From NCBI GenBank assembly GCA_964016885.1, contig OZ024741.1, forward strand, positions 72,478,001 to 72,542,000: DNA of 64,000 bases, read 5' to 3'. Under the pieces are notes generated by a model. That model was not told where the DNA came from. It made no database searches and saw nothing but the letters and a program-made list of their open reading frames with translations. Source of the stretch: Eledone cirrhosa (Eukaryota). Below, one piece after another: positions 13,820 through 26,379 of the stretch. Numbering within the stretch: the stretch's first letter is position 1; every line of letters begins with the position of its first letter. Both the position numbers and the translations under genes were made by a program.

Positions 13820-14325
13820 ATTATTTCTACTTTTGGCACAAGGCCAGCAATTACTCCAGTGCATTACTGGTACTTTATTTTATCGACCCAGTAAGGATGA
13901 AAGACAATGTTAACCTCGGCTCCATTATATAATAATTGTTTCGACTTTTGGCACAAGGCCAGCAAATAACCAGTGCATTACTGGTACTTTATTTTATCGA
14001 CCCAGTAAGGATGAAAGACAATGTTAACCTCGGCGAGATTTGAACTCAGAACGTAAAGGGCTATAACTCTATGCTGCAAAGCATGGCATTTGACTCTCTG
14101 CCGATACTGCCAATTCACCGCTCTATTATATAATAATTGTTTCTACTTTTGGCACAAGGCCAGCAATAACCCAGTACATTACTGGTACTTTATTTTATCG
14201 ACCCCGTAAGGATGAAAGGCAAAGTTAACATCGGCGGGATTTGAACTCAGAATGGCAAGGGCCGTAACTCTATGCGTCAAAGCATGGTGTCCGACCCTCT
14301 ACCGATACTGCCAATCCACCGCCCT
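13820..14325 (-). mobile_element. Three tandem SINE family A copies
   Basis: Three successive TTTCTACTTTTGGCACAAGGCCAGC...-type units, the first truncated. Confidence 0.85.
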
Positions 14326-14439
14326 TATATAATAATGGAACATAATAGGGAAAAAATATAATAAAATAATATTAATATCATAAGGGTCGTAGTACCTTAA
14401 GAGAAATCAAGTGATTAGGTTATTATAAGTTGAAACTAA

Positions 14440-14740
14440 GCATGGCTTAGCGGATAGAACGTTGGGCGTCGAATTGAGAGGTTGTGAGTTCGATTCTCAG
14501 ACACTTTATTTCACGTTGCTCCAGTTCACTCAGCTGTAGAAATGAGTTGCGATGTCACTGGTGCGTAGCTGTATCAGTCATTTTCTTTCCTTTCAACAAC
14601 ATCGGTGACGTGGAGAGGGGAGACTGGTATGCATGGGCGACTGCCTGTCTTCCACAAAACAAACCTTGCCCAAGCTTGTACCTCGGAGGGAAACTTTCTA
14701 GGTGCAAAACCAGGGTCATTAACCATAACCAGGTTATACG
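14440..14740 (+). mobile_element. SINE family B
   Basis: Colinear with 33492-33808. Confidence 0.8.
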
Positions 14741-14996
14741 ATAATCGTCACATTATTGCAAGATGGAATAATAACCACATACATATTTACCTACACATGC
14801 GTACATATACATGCACACATATATACATACATAGGCAAACATACATACGGATATATATATGAATCAGGAAGGATTCAGTTAGAAATTGGTTAGACCATTA
14901 CTCAACAGACTACTCGATACTTGGGGTAGTAGAGTATGGTTATATTATAAAGAATCGGACCCCGACGGCTTTTGCCGTTTCAACAGCTAGTTTCAG

Positions 14997-15026
<30 letters not shown>

Positions 15027-15029
<3 letters not shown>

Positions 15030-15747
15030 AAGGATTAATATCTAGTAACATATATATACATACAGATGCATATCAATACTAGCAAATATATAGGTTTTGT
15101 CTTAGTAACTTTGTGGTTCAATGCATGGGGTTGCAGAACAATAATATGAGAGACGTAAAATAAGAAAATTATAAAATTAACTTACTTACTAAAATTTCAC
15201 TCCCAACTAATTTTCTTATTTTACGTCTCTCATATTATTGTTCTGCAACCCCATGCATTGAACCACAAAGTTACTAAGACAAAACCTATATATTTGCTAG
15301 CATAGATATACATCTGTTTGTATATATATGTTACTAGATATTAATCCTTTATAATTATCTCCAAATTATTTGTCGAGCAATATTGGCCAAGACTGTTGCT
15401 ATGGTAGCAGACAGGCCGCTGTCTTATTAACAAACCACTTTCCACTGATTGACCTCGATGTCACGTGATTGATTCTTTTTGAATTTGCCACCGACGCAGA
15501 GGCAGTGATTTTCTCAATGGCTAGGAATTCAGTCCACGCTTTGCTATTTTCTATCCACTGCATTATTTTTGTATAAGTTTCCAGAGTCCTCGCTTTGTCT
15601 GGATACTTAGCTGAGAATAGTCTTCCCTGACGACGAAATGCTTCTATATATTTTCTTCGGAAAGTATATTTATTCCATTTCAGAAACTAATTAGTTGGGA
15701 GTGAAATTTTAGTAAGTAAGTTAATTTTATAATTTTCTTATTTTACG

Positions 15748-15755
<8 letters not shown>
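15027..15755 (-). mobile_element. Partial-tandem plus inverted-end cassette in (TA)n (PLE-like architecture)
   Basis: 15029-15170 is inverted at 15211-15350, and 15146-15212 is inverted at 15689-15755. Confidence 0.65.
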
Positions 15756-15818
<63 letters not shown>

Positions 15819-15854
15819 TATATACATATATTATATATATACATATATATATAC

Positions 15855-15891
<37 letters not shown>

Positions 15892-15900
15892 GATATATAC

Positions 15901-15979
<79 letters not shown>

Positions 15980-15999
15980 TACATATATTATATATATAC

Positions 16000-16034
<35 letters not shown>

Positions 16035-16036
<2 letters not shown>

Positions 16037-17000
16037 TCATAAAACATGTCTATAGAATTACAAGATAAAATATATACTATTTCCTCTCCCAATTAGCATA
16101 ATTAACTATATAAAAAATCGAATAGACCAGGCTATAAGAATGAGGCTTCTATGAAGAAATCTCCGACAAATAACCAAAACTAGCCCTTCGCGTCGGCCGT
16201 AGCGGAATATTTATCGAATATTTCGACAGCGTAATCGCCCAGATACAGTCAACTAAACAGAATTAGGTGTAAAATAAACTAGGAGAAAATAGAATACATT
16301 TAAATACGTATATATATATGTAAAATAGAATACATTTAAATATGTATATATATATATATGTAAACTTTTATATGTAATAATCTCCCATTAGGTTGAGATA
16401 CAAATTTGGCTGTATTGTGCTGTGCTTTCTAGCAAAAATGCCACCAGCCGTAAGCAACTACCACACCCCTTCCAACCCGACCGCGACTACGTCACGATTT
16501 TTAGCCATTTTGAATGAATTCTTTGGAAAATTTAGTGTCTAGATAAGAACGAACTTCCTGATGAATCCGGCGCTCGAGTTTATATAATTATTACATAATT
16601 ATTGGAAAACTCAAAATACGGATGAAACCATGGTAGAGGTATTTAAATGTATTCTATTTTCTCCTAGTTTATTTTACACCTAATTCTGTTTAGTTGACTG
16701 TATCTGGGCGATTACGCTGTCGAAATATTCGATAAATATTCCGCTACGGCCGACGCGAAGGGCTAGTTTTGGTTATTTGTCGGAGATTTCTTCATAGAAG
16801 CCTCATTCTTATAGCCTGGTCTATTCGATTTTTTATATAGTTAATTATGTTAATTGGGAGAGGAAATAGTATATATTTTATCTTGTGATTCTATAGACAT
16901 GTTTTATGATATATAGCTCTGATTATTTAATTTATTAATTTTTCATTGAGCCACAAAGTGACCAGTTGCAAAACACGTATATATATATATATATGTATAT
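16035..17000. mobile_element. Cassette with ~270-bp inverted repeats in (TA)n
   Basis: 16035-16307 is the near-perfect reverse complement of 16639-16915. TGTAAACTTTTATAT is repeated directly at ~16360 and ~17006. Confidence 0.7.
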
Positions 17001-17040
17001 ATATATGTAAACTTTTATATATATATATATGTATATATAT

Positions 17041-17257
17041 TAGAAAGTGAGGTTATTTTTTTACAAAATGAAAAATAACTGAGGTGTCCTGCACGAGTGA
17101 AAGTATAAAGAAAAAAAGATGAAATCGAAAATGCAACTGGAGTCTTATTTAAAAAATATATATATATATTTATTTGGTTCCTTTACCGGTTTCGCAGTTC
17201 TTCTGCTTTTCAAAAGTAGAGTTGAGATGGAGGGTCTGTGGTTTTTTTCACATCTGA
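17041..17257 (-). mobile_element. Single-arm copy of the 9.6-kb HHR cassette (HHR at 17180-17217)
   Basis: Near-identical to 9620-9830. Confidence 0.85.
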
Positions 17258-17266
17258 TATATATAT

Positions 17267-17412
17267 AACGGAAGAAATGTGGTAAGGAACCAGGTGGACC
17301 ATAACGCACCAAAGTACTCAATACTTAGGGTAGTAGAGTGGGTAATAGGAACGAGTAGTTCAGAATTAGCCGTCGAAACGGCTTGAGCTCAGCCGTCGGG
17401 ATCCTACTCGTT

Positions 17413-17417
<5 letters not shown>
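17267..17417. mobile_element. Family Y short fold-back element (half-HHR)
   Basis: Homologous to 47630-47822, 50917-51087 and 61118-61363, with a diverged copy at 14870-15000. Confidence 0.8.
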
Positions 17418-17473
<56 letters not shown>

Positions 17474-17531
17474 CCGGACACAGGGGAACACTGATAGACA
17501 TTTATAGATGTAGGCATACATACACACACGA

Positions 17532-17588
<57 letters not shown>

Positions 17589-17605
17589 CATACACATATA
17601 AATAA

Positions 17606-17676
<71 letters not shown>

Positions 17677-17989
17677 GGAAAACAAAAAATCAGTGATGCA
17701 TCGGAACTCAATTTATTGCGTATTACAATTATATTGACTATCAGAAAAACCACCCTTCGGGTAGTGTGTATATTGATATTATACACAAATATATATGCAT
17801 GTAGATATGATACATCAAATAAAATCGTAATTGACAATATACACAGAAATTGAACGAATTCTATGTTACACTGTCTTATGTAATCAGTAAAGTAATCCAT
17901 GATACATTTAAAAAAAGACGATATTATATATAAACTGCATTAGGAGAAAATTAGCGACGGAAATGTGTGCGATATTTTTATAAGTGTTA

Positions 17990-18302
17990 TTCTCAGTTCA
18001 AATCCCGCCGAGGTTAACTTTGCCTTTCATCCTTATGGGGTTGATAAAATAAAGTACCAGTAATACACTGGGTTATTGCTGGCCTTGTGCCAAAAGTCGA
18101 AACAGTTATAATATAATTGTTTCTATTTTAGGCACAAGGCCAGCAATTAACCAGTACATTACTGGTACTTTATTTTATCGACCCCGTAAGGATGAAAGGC
18201 AAAGTTAACCTCGGCGGGATTTGAACTCAGATCATAAAGGGACGTAACTCTATGCTTCAAAGCATGGTGTCCGACACTCTACTGATACTGCCAATCCACC
18301 AC
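17990..18302. mobile_element. Two SINE family A copies, tail-to-tail
   Basis: Plus copy at 17990-18105 and minus copy at 18115-18302. Confidence 0.8.
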
Positions 18303-18612
18303 CCGAAACAGTTATAATATAATGGCCGCTAACCGGAAGTGTTGACATTTGAAAATTTCAAAGAAGTGAATCTTTAAATAAGCTATAAAATATATTTAAT
18401 CAAGAGCCACGAAATTTATCACATAAATTATGTAATATTCATTCAATATTTATTCAAAGTAATCCAACTTATTTTACAAACGGGGTACAAAAATATATTC
18501 TCGACGCAGTCCCGTACTCCTTTCTTTATTATAGTTAAGATTTCGGAGCAGTATCTGCTCCGAAAACAATAGAGGTGTCTGGGGAACTTGCGAATCCAGA
18601 GTCAGGTCGATC

Positions 18613-18651
<39 letters not shown>

Positions 18652-18802
18652 TTAAAAGAATAGAGGTGTGACACACGAGTTGTGATATATTAGTAAAAGG
18701 AAAAGAAAATGCTGACAAATTTTTCCCAGTGAAAAGTAGTTTAATTAGGAATAAGTATAAATTAGTAATAAGTATTGGTTAGTATTCAGTTTTAGTTTTA
18801 AG

Positions 18803-18840
18803 TTTTTACCGGTTGCGCATTTCTAATGCTTTTCAAAAAT
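18803..18840 (-). ncRNA. Diverged U3/A8 HHR motif (GAAA changed to GCAA)
   Basis: TTT-TTGAAAA-GCAT tagaa ATGC-GCAA-CCGG-TA-AAA. Confidence 0.55.
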
Positions 18841-19102
18841 AATTTTGAGATAGAGCGCTCGTGATGTTTATTGATACTAATTTTATAACATCAAAGAAGA
18901 AAAGCACCACGGGCATGTTAACCAACCTAACTGATGTTTCTAGCAGGCTAGGAATCAACTATAAGGGATTCTCTCTGTGCGTTGATTGTTGGTGATGTTC
19001 GTATTTCGCGGCCAGAGTCTCCGATTCGAACGTTGGTTTACACACACACGCACACACACGTGCATACACACACACATACACACACATTTATATATAATTA
19101 TT

Positions 19103-19181
<79 letters not shown>

Positions 19182-19409
19182 GTCTCTCTATCAGACGTGT
19201 GTAACTTCGCGGAGAAGTTTCCGTTAATTTATGTAAGAAAAAAACGTGAGTTTTTAGTTAAATTTTATATCATTGTGTAACTTGACCCCCCGCCTAGACC
19301 TTCAGGTGGTGGGTCAACTCATTTTCGCCCCTACAGGGGCGAAATATCCGTTTGGAAATTTTTTCTCCATCGAATCTTTGAAAAAATATTGTAAAAGTTT
19401 GATTACGTA

Positions 19410-21269
19410 ATGAACGCTGCGTCCAACGATAATGGTGGTGGAGAGGCGGTAAGACTACAAAACTGGCAGTCAACATCGTCTTCTTCCCTAGATACTATAG
19501 AGATGGAAAGACGAAATGAAAATGTAAAAAGCAGTTCAATGACAACAAAAATAACAGCAACACCAATAATGATGATAAAAGCAACAATGATAACAACAAC
19601 AAAGAAAAAAATAAAGACAACACCAATAACACCAGCATCAAAGACAACAACAACACCAAGGAAAATACGAATAATATCAACATCGGTGACAACAAGAATA
19701 ACAACAAGAATAACAACAATAATGACAACACCACCAACACGGATAATTCCACAGAGAAACCAAAAATCTCCTTTGCAGAGACAGTTAAAAAAATGGAGGA
19801 ACTGATATATCTCGACATAACAAATGCTGAACAACTTTTAAAGGACGCTAGGAGATATGTTACTTTCGAAAAAAATGGTGCTTTCAGCATCAATTCTCCG
19901 GTAGAAATTCGCAAGGAAACTGCTCTCAAAACGATAGTTTTTTGGACAGTTTCCAATTCTACCCGAAAACCAGTCCAATTGTCACAGAAAGAAATTGCAC
20001 TGGTTTTCACAATTTCAATGAATGATATTGCATTCATTCAAAGAAGTAAACTTTTTGGGAGTATTTCGGTACTCATGAAGGATCAATTGACGGCCCAAAA
20101 TTACTCTGTGTCGCCAATTGTATCCAACCTGTACACCTTTTTCCCTACATACATGGGAAAAAGGACACAAAAGATCAAAATCACGAGTGTCACACCAAAG
20201 GTGAACATATGGTGGATACTGTGCGGCTTCATCAATTTTGATGAAGACAGAATACTGTCAGTAGGAAAGTCCCCCAGAGATGTATTCAATGGGACTAGCA
20301 TTGAAGTTCTCGTGCAAATGAGCCCAGAGCGAATAGCTATGATCCCACAACGTGTACTCCTGGACGGACTCACCTACATAAACTTTTCGGTTGAGGGTAG
20401 GCGGCCTTCATGTTACCATTGCTTTAGCAGGGGTCACCTGAAGGCTTCCTGTCCTAAATTAATGAATAAAAAAAGGCTCTTCTGCCGACACACATCAAAA
20501 CAACACAACCACCAACACCACCACAACAACAACAACACCAACACACAAAAATAACCACAACAAACAGAGTCCCATCCAACCCCACTCCACCTAAAACCAC
20601 TGCAAAATGACATACAGACACAACAGCTCCCCAAGACATACCCCTCCCCAATCACACAGACGATACAACAGATGAGGCTATCTCGCCATCACCCAGTGAA
20701 GACGAGGGAGAACCCCATCGCTCGAAAAGAAAGAAAAGACATCACAAAAGCAAAAAACCAGCAAAGACTACCACAAACATACAACCACCAACACAAACAA
20801 CAAAAACATCACAAACAAAACCCCCACCTCCTGAAAACAAAATACCTACAACAAAACGAAAGCACACACAAGAACTACAGACAAAAACAAACACAACACA
20901 AGAAAATTACACTTACACTTACATAAACGCTGAAAAGAAACACTAATGGAGACCATCACGAACGACCCTTCGGTTTTCACCGAAGGGAAAACTTTCGCCC
21001 ACTCTATTAAAAATAGCAAAAAACTGAACCTAAAACTGATTAGGGTTCCTATACAAACTTATAGGTCCCTAAAAGAAACATTTGAGAAGGATGTGGGGAA
21101 TTCCTGCGTGAAATCACTCAACCGCGTCCTTCTCAAATGTCTCCCCACCCCAGACACCCCCATCCCACCAGACCCCACCCCACCGGAAACCACCACCCAT
21201 CCAGTCAACCCCTCCAACACCCCCATGGAAATCATGCGGCCTGGTTCCCAGGAGACGAAGGGTGAGTGA
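19410..21269 (+). pseudogene. ORF1 of LINE copy A (CCHC zinc knuckle, low-complexity linkers), frameshifted
   Basis: EGRRPSCYHCFSRGHLKASCP. Confidence 0.8.
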
Positions 21270-21302
21270 TCTCTTTTCCTCTTTTAACTTTTCAGCACCA
21301 AA

Positions 21303-24300
21303 ATGGCCAATATAAGAGTTGGATGTGTGAACGTACGCGGCCTGGGGATGCCCTGGAAACAGGGTAAACCCTTAAACGACCTCAGGTCGCACAGTATGGA
21401 TGTGGTAGCCATTTGCGAGTCCAGGATCCACAGCAAGCGACAGCTGGCCCCCATCTTCGATGACTTTGAGATCTACGCATCTCTCTGTCAACCGGGGGGC
21501 GGGTGGGGTGGGGGCCGGAGTTGCCGTTTTGCTGCGGAAACACCTGGGCCTCGTAACACAGACGGTACATCTGGACCCGGAGGGTCGACTGGTGGTCCTA
21601 GACGTTGACGGTAGTGAAGGTGGAGCCTTCAGGCTGGGGACCGCATATGCCCCATCCGGGACACCGCGGCCAGACTTCTTCAAACGTCTAGAGACTTTTC
21701 TGGGAACATCCCGCTCCTTGCTTTTAGTGGGGGACTGGAATGGAATCCTAGATGTACGTTGGGACTATGTGGGAGCATGTCCCGATAAAGGGGGGTGTAA
21801 CAGCCTCAAACAGTTAATCGACCGATTTGACCTGGCCGATAGATATAGACTAGATTTTCCGACTGCGCCACTGTGGACGTGGAGTAATCGTAGCGGAACA
21901 TCTAGATCGTACCTAGATAGGGTTCTAGTTAGAAATAAGGATAGGGACATGTTAAGCTGTCCACAAATGTTCATGGTTGCCTATTCAGATCACAAACTAG
22001 TGACCTGCATGGCCAACCTTGATAGAACCCATAGACAAGGTCCCGGCTACTGGAAGCTGAACTTGTCGTTACCGACAAGCAAAGCCTACAGTAGACGGAT
22101 TAGCACTTTAGTTAAACAGCACTTGACAGGGGCCATTGTCAACAACAGATGGTGGTACTCTCTCAAGAGGGCAGTTAGATTAGACTGGATAGTTTTTAGT
22201 AAAGAATTAGCGTTAGATAGAAATAGAACCGAGAAGGAACTGGTAGATAAAGTAGAAGAGGCAATTAGAAGTGGCAACATTACCAGCGTGCTAGCAACGA
22301 GAACGGCATTGGACCAGTTCTTCGACGCAAATCACGAGGGCTGCGTTGTCAGAAGCAAAATACGTGCTCTGGGAAACGAGGGAGCCAAAGCTGTTATCTG
22401 GGCCCGAGTGACGGAGGCAAAAAGTGGCAACAAGTCCACGATTCGGTCTTTGAAGGACGAAAACGGACGCGTGATATGTGAGCCGAAGCAGATGTGTGCG
22501 GCTTTTCAGCGGCACTTTGCTCAACTGTTCGGGCGGCGCGCCGGGAGAAGCGGTCCATAGATTTCGGTCCATGGATTTCGATCCATGGATTTCGGTCCAT
22601 ACCTCGACGGCCTACCGCGACTCTCGGAGAGCGAGGCAAAGTTCTGCGAAAAGCCGATTTCAGCCGCTGAGATATGGGACGCGCTGAGCCAATGCGGCAA
22701 ACGCAAATCTCCAGGTCTCGACGGTCTACCCTACGAATTTTACGTAGCAATGCCGGACTTATTCTCCGGTCTCCTGGAAGTGGTCTACTGCAACTGGCAA
22801 CAGAACGGGAGAATTCCCAGTTCTGTAACCGGGGGCGTGGTCACACTAATCAGGAAGGACGAGAATAAGGGGGATGACATAGGCAACTTCCGGCCCATAA
22901 CTCTGCTAAACACAGAGTTACAGATTTTGGCCAAGGTGTTGGCAAAGAGGCTGGCGCTTGTCGTCGATAACCTGGTGGGAGAAGCGCAGACATGCGCAAT
23001 CCCGACCAGGTCCATACACGACAACCTCCACCTCATGCGATAAATCATAGAGAGGGTAGGGTGTAAACCCGGCTTCGGTGGGGCCCTGATCAACTTGGAT
23101 CCGTCTAAGGCTTTCGATAGGGTTGACCATCGTTACCTGGATGCGGTGCTCGAGGAGGCAGGCTTCGGACCCGTGTTCAGGGGCTGGATTGCTGGAATGC
23201 ACAACAGCAACATCTGCTCAAGGGTCAAGGTGAACGGCTACTTCTCGGAGTCGTTCCATATTACGCGATCCATTCGACAGGGATGCCCTCTCTCCTCCCT
23301 TCTGTACGTACTGACTCTCGAGCCACTACTGCGGAAGTTGGAGCTATTGCAGGGCATCCCTCTGGAACCGGGACTGCGGAAAGCGGCGTCGGCCTACGCC
23401 GACGATGTGACAGTAATGGTGTCGAGCGCCTCGCAAATCGAGGAAGTCGGCACCTTACTGAAGGAATACGGAAGGTTCACAGGAGCGAAGCTGAACCGGG
23501 AGAAGTCCATCGGTTTGCAACTCGGATCGTGGAGAGGCAAACCGATGCCTTCCGATGGCGTCGTCGGACGCTGGACGGAAGGACCGGTAAAGCTGCTCGG
23601 GGTCTGGTTTGGTCCGGACCTCCAGGTGGAGAAGAACTGGAACGAAGTAACGGCCAAGGTGTTTGTACTCACCCAGAAGTGGGCCGAGTGCAAACTATCC
23701 TTGAAAGGTCGAGCGGAGGTGGCGAACACTTTTATAGCGTCCGCCATCTACTACCGCTTGACCGTCGTGCTTTGTCCAGCCAAAACGCTCGCCAAAATGG
23801 AGCGCGCGCTCAGGCTGCGTCATCTCTACGTATTCCTCACCGGAGAACCGGTGTGGGCCCCGTTCGTGAGGCGAGCCTTCCCACGACTCGTCTCGCTGAC
23901 CGAACTGCAGTCCTGGGTCAAGCAAAGACTGAGGAAAATGGGCGACTGGCACATCGAATGTGCTCAGGCGCTCACAGGCGGACCCGGCGATCAGTGGAGA
24001 CTCCACTTCGTCATTCTATAGAGGGTTGATCCGCAGCAAGTGCGACGACGCGCTCGGTGAAACTCTAGGCGTAGAGGAAGATGAACTGGCAAGTCTGTTC
24101 GGTAGGACCTTCCGCCCCGGACCGATGGACAACTTCAAAAAGTCCCTGGCCTGGCAGTGCTAACGAGGAGCTCTACCATTTCGAGACAAACTCTACTGAC
24201 ATGGGCGCCCGGGCAGGGACCCTGCAAAAAAGATATGTCCGAGGTGCGTGCGAGACGAAAAAACCGTCGCGCACGCATTCATACACTGCCCGGGCGTCAC

Positions 24301-24652
24301 TGACCTGTAGGGCTATGTAGAACGACTATTGTCGCGGGTGGGACCAATCTGGTTGACCACCGAGTCCATTGTCATGATCAAACCGCCACCCTCCTTCAAA
24401 AACGAAGGAGAGGCGGTTTTCCTTTGTGTGATAGCTATGGCGAAAGAGGTTGTATGGTGGACAAGGTTGAAAGGGCTGAGGTCAGACACCTTTCTCTCCG
24501 GCCAACAACTGATTCTTTTTTTCAAATACCACTTTGGAAGAAGAATCAGGATGGAGAGAGAGGTGCTGTACCCCAGCAAGTTTTATGAAAGGTGGGTGAA
24601 AGTGGCGAGAATGGCCCGAGTGAATGGGCCTTCTCTCTATATCAGCCTGTAG
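21303..24652 (+). pseudogene. ORF2 of LINE copy A: APE endonuclease + RT + Cys-rich C-terminus, disrupted
   Basis: NVRGL, GDWN, YLDR, SDH, KSPGLDGL, FRPITLLN, KAFDRVDH, QGCPLS and YADD. Confidence 0.92.
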
Positions 24653-24893
24653 GTTGAGGAAAAGGAGGAGGAGAGGAAAGGAGTACAAACTCTTCGTACT
24701 CCTGGAGATGAGGGTTGCACATTTTTTTCGGGGGTATGTGTTACCCATATGAATTGTCTCCCTCTATTGGGGAAAATCGACTAACCTTTTAAATTACATT
24801 TGTGATAATATTTTACACGTTTTTTATTGTATGTAAGCATCCCCCTTTGTATTTGTCCCCTTCTTTTGTGCCCCTGTGGCTAATAAAGAAACA

Positions 24894-24974
<81 letters not shown>

Positions 24975-24977
24975 GTA

Positions 24978-25493
24978 TGTTGACCACTGAGTCCATTGTC
25001 GTGATCAAACCGCCACCCTCCTTCAAAAACGAAGGAGAGGCGGTTTTCCTTTGTGTGATAGCTATGGCGAAAGAGGTTGTATGGTGGACGAGGTTAAAAG
25101 GGCTGAGGTCAGACACCTTTCTCTCCGGCCAACAACTGATTCTTTTTTCAAATACCACTTTGGAAGAAGAATCAGGATGGAGAGAGAGGTGCTGTACCCC
25201 AGCAAGTTTTATGAAAGGTGGGTGAAAGTGGCGAGAATGGCCCGAGTGAATGGGCCTTCTCTCTATATCAGCCTGTAGGTTGAGGAAAAAGAGGAAGAAA
25301 GGAAAGGGGTACAAATTCTTCGTACCCCTGGAGATATGTGTTACCCATATGAAATGTCTCCTCCTATTGGGGAAAATCGATTAATTTTTAAATTACATTT
25401 GTGATACCATTTTACACGTTTTTTATTGTATGTAAACTTCCCCCTTTGTATTTGTCCCCCTCTTTTGTGCCCCTGTGGCTAATAAAGAAACAT
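24978..25493 (+). mobile_element. 5'-truncated 3' end of the same LINE family, also in (TATC)n
   Basis: Colinear with 24352-24893 and ends in the same GCTAATAAAGAAACA|TATC. Confidence 0.9.
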
Positions 25494-25544
25494 ATCTATC
25501 TCTCTATATATATATCGCTAAAAAGCTTTCTCCGATATTGTATT

Positions 25545-25605
<61 letters not shown>

Positions 25606-25617
25606 TCTATATCTATA

Positions 25618-26370
25618 TCTATATATAATATAAAAGATTAGAACTCCCATCGTCCTTTTGAGAAACGTGGACCAACTACGTCTATATAATGACACACGTT
25701 TTGCAGTCAGGCGGAAGACGAACCATCTCCTAGAGGTCACTATTCTTGGAGGCAATCATCAAGGAGAAAGTACATCTATTTCCAAGATTCCCCTTATCCC
25801 TTCTGCCGAGCTGCCTTTCAAATTCTCAAGATTTCAGTTGCCTATTAGAGCCAATTTTCCTATGACCATAAACAAAGCTCAGTATCAGTTTCAAAGTCAG
25901 CATCCTAATGGATTCAATGAGAACAATAGCGAATATGGAAGCACAATTAGACAGTAAATATGAACTATCTATAATCTATAATTATGTTTTCAATAAAGTC
26001 TTGGTAATGAAAGGGTTAAGTAATCATATTAATGGCCTCCCCACAGCCCCGGCGGACAGAATGGAGAAGGCGTTTCCCCGGAGGATGGTAAGGGAAAGTT
26101 ATAGGATTGAATACAAAAGAATTGCTTTTTACCCATGTAGTTTATTCACGAAGGGAAACACCCAGAAATCTTCATATATTAATACTATGCACGAATGGTA
26201 AAACGAAGAATCTAGTGTAACTGGAAGTTTTTATTTATTTTGTCACACACACACCACGGTCTCGCCTCATACTGTAAACCAGACAAACATCCAATACAGT
26301 CATTTTCTCTTTTACCTGTCTTTTTTTCTTACCATCTGTTTACCCGTGCGAAGCTGGGTACGTCAGCTAG
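25618..26370 (+). mobile_element. Non-autonomous Helitron with PIF1-helicase remnant
   Basis: A|TCTATATATAATATAAAAG start, PFKFSRFQLPIRANFPMTINKAQ, 3' hairpin ACCCGTGCGAAGCTGGGT then CTAG|T. Confidence 0.85.
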
Positions 26371-26379
26371 TCGTCAATA

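Larger units (their letters stand above)
19193..24893 (+). mobile_element. Tx1/L1-clade LINE, copy A, near full length, inserted in (TATC)n
   Basis: Two-ORF layout, 3' AATAAA, and (TCTA)n on both sides. Confidence 0.9.

Noticed and set aside
15627-15645. CTGACGA-C-GAAA as a hammerhead
   Set aside because: Only one base lies between the boxes and there is no convincing stem I or III.
25658-25957. Host PIF1 helicase gene
   Set aside because: A short decayed fragment bounded by Helitron termini.
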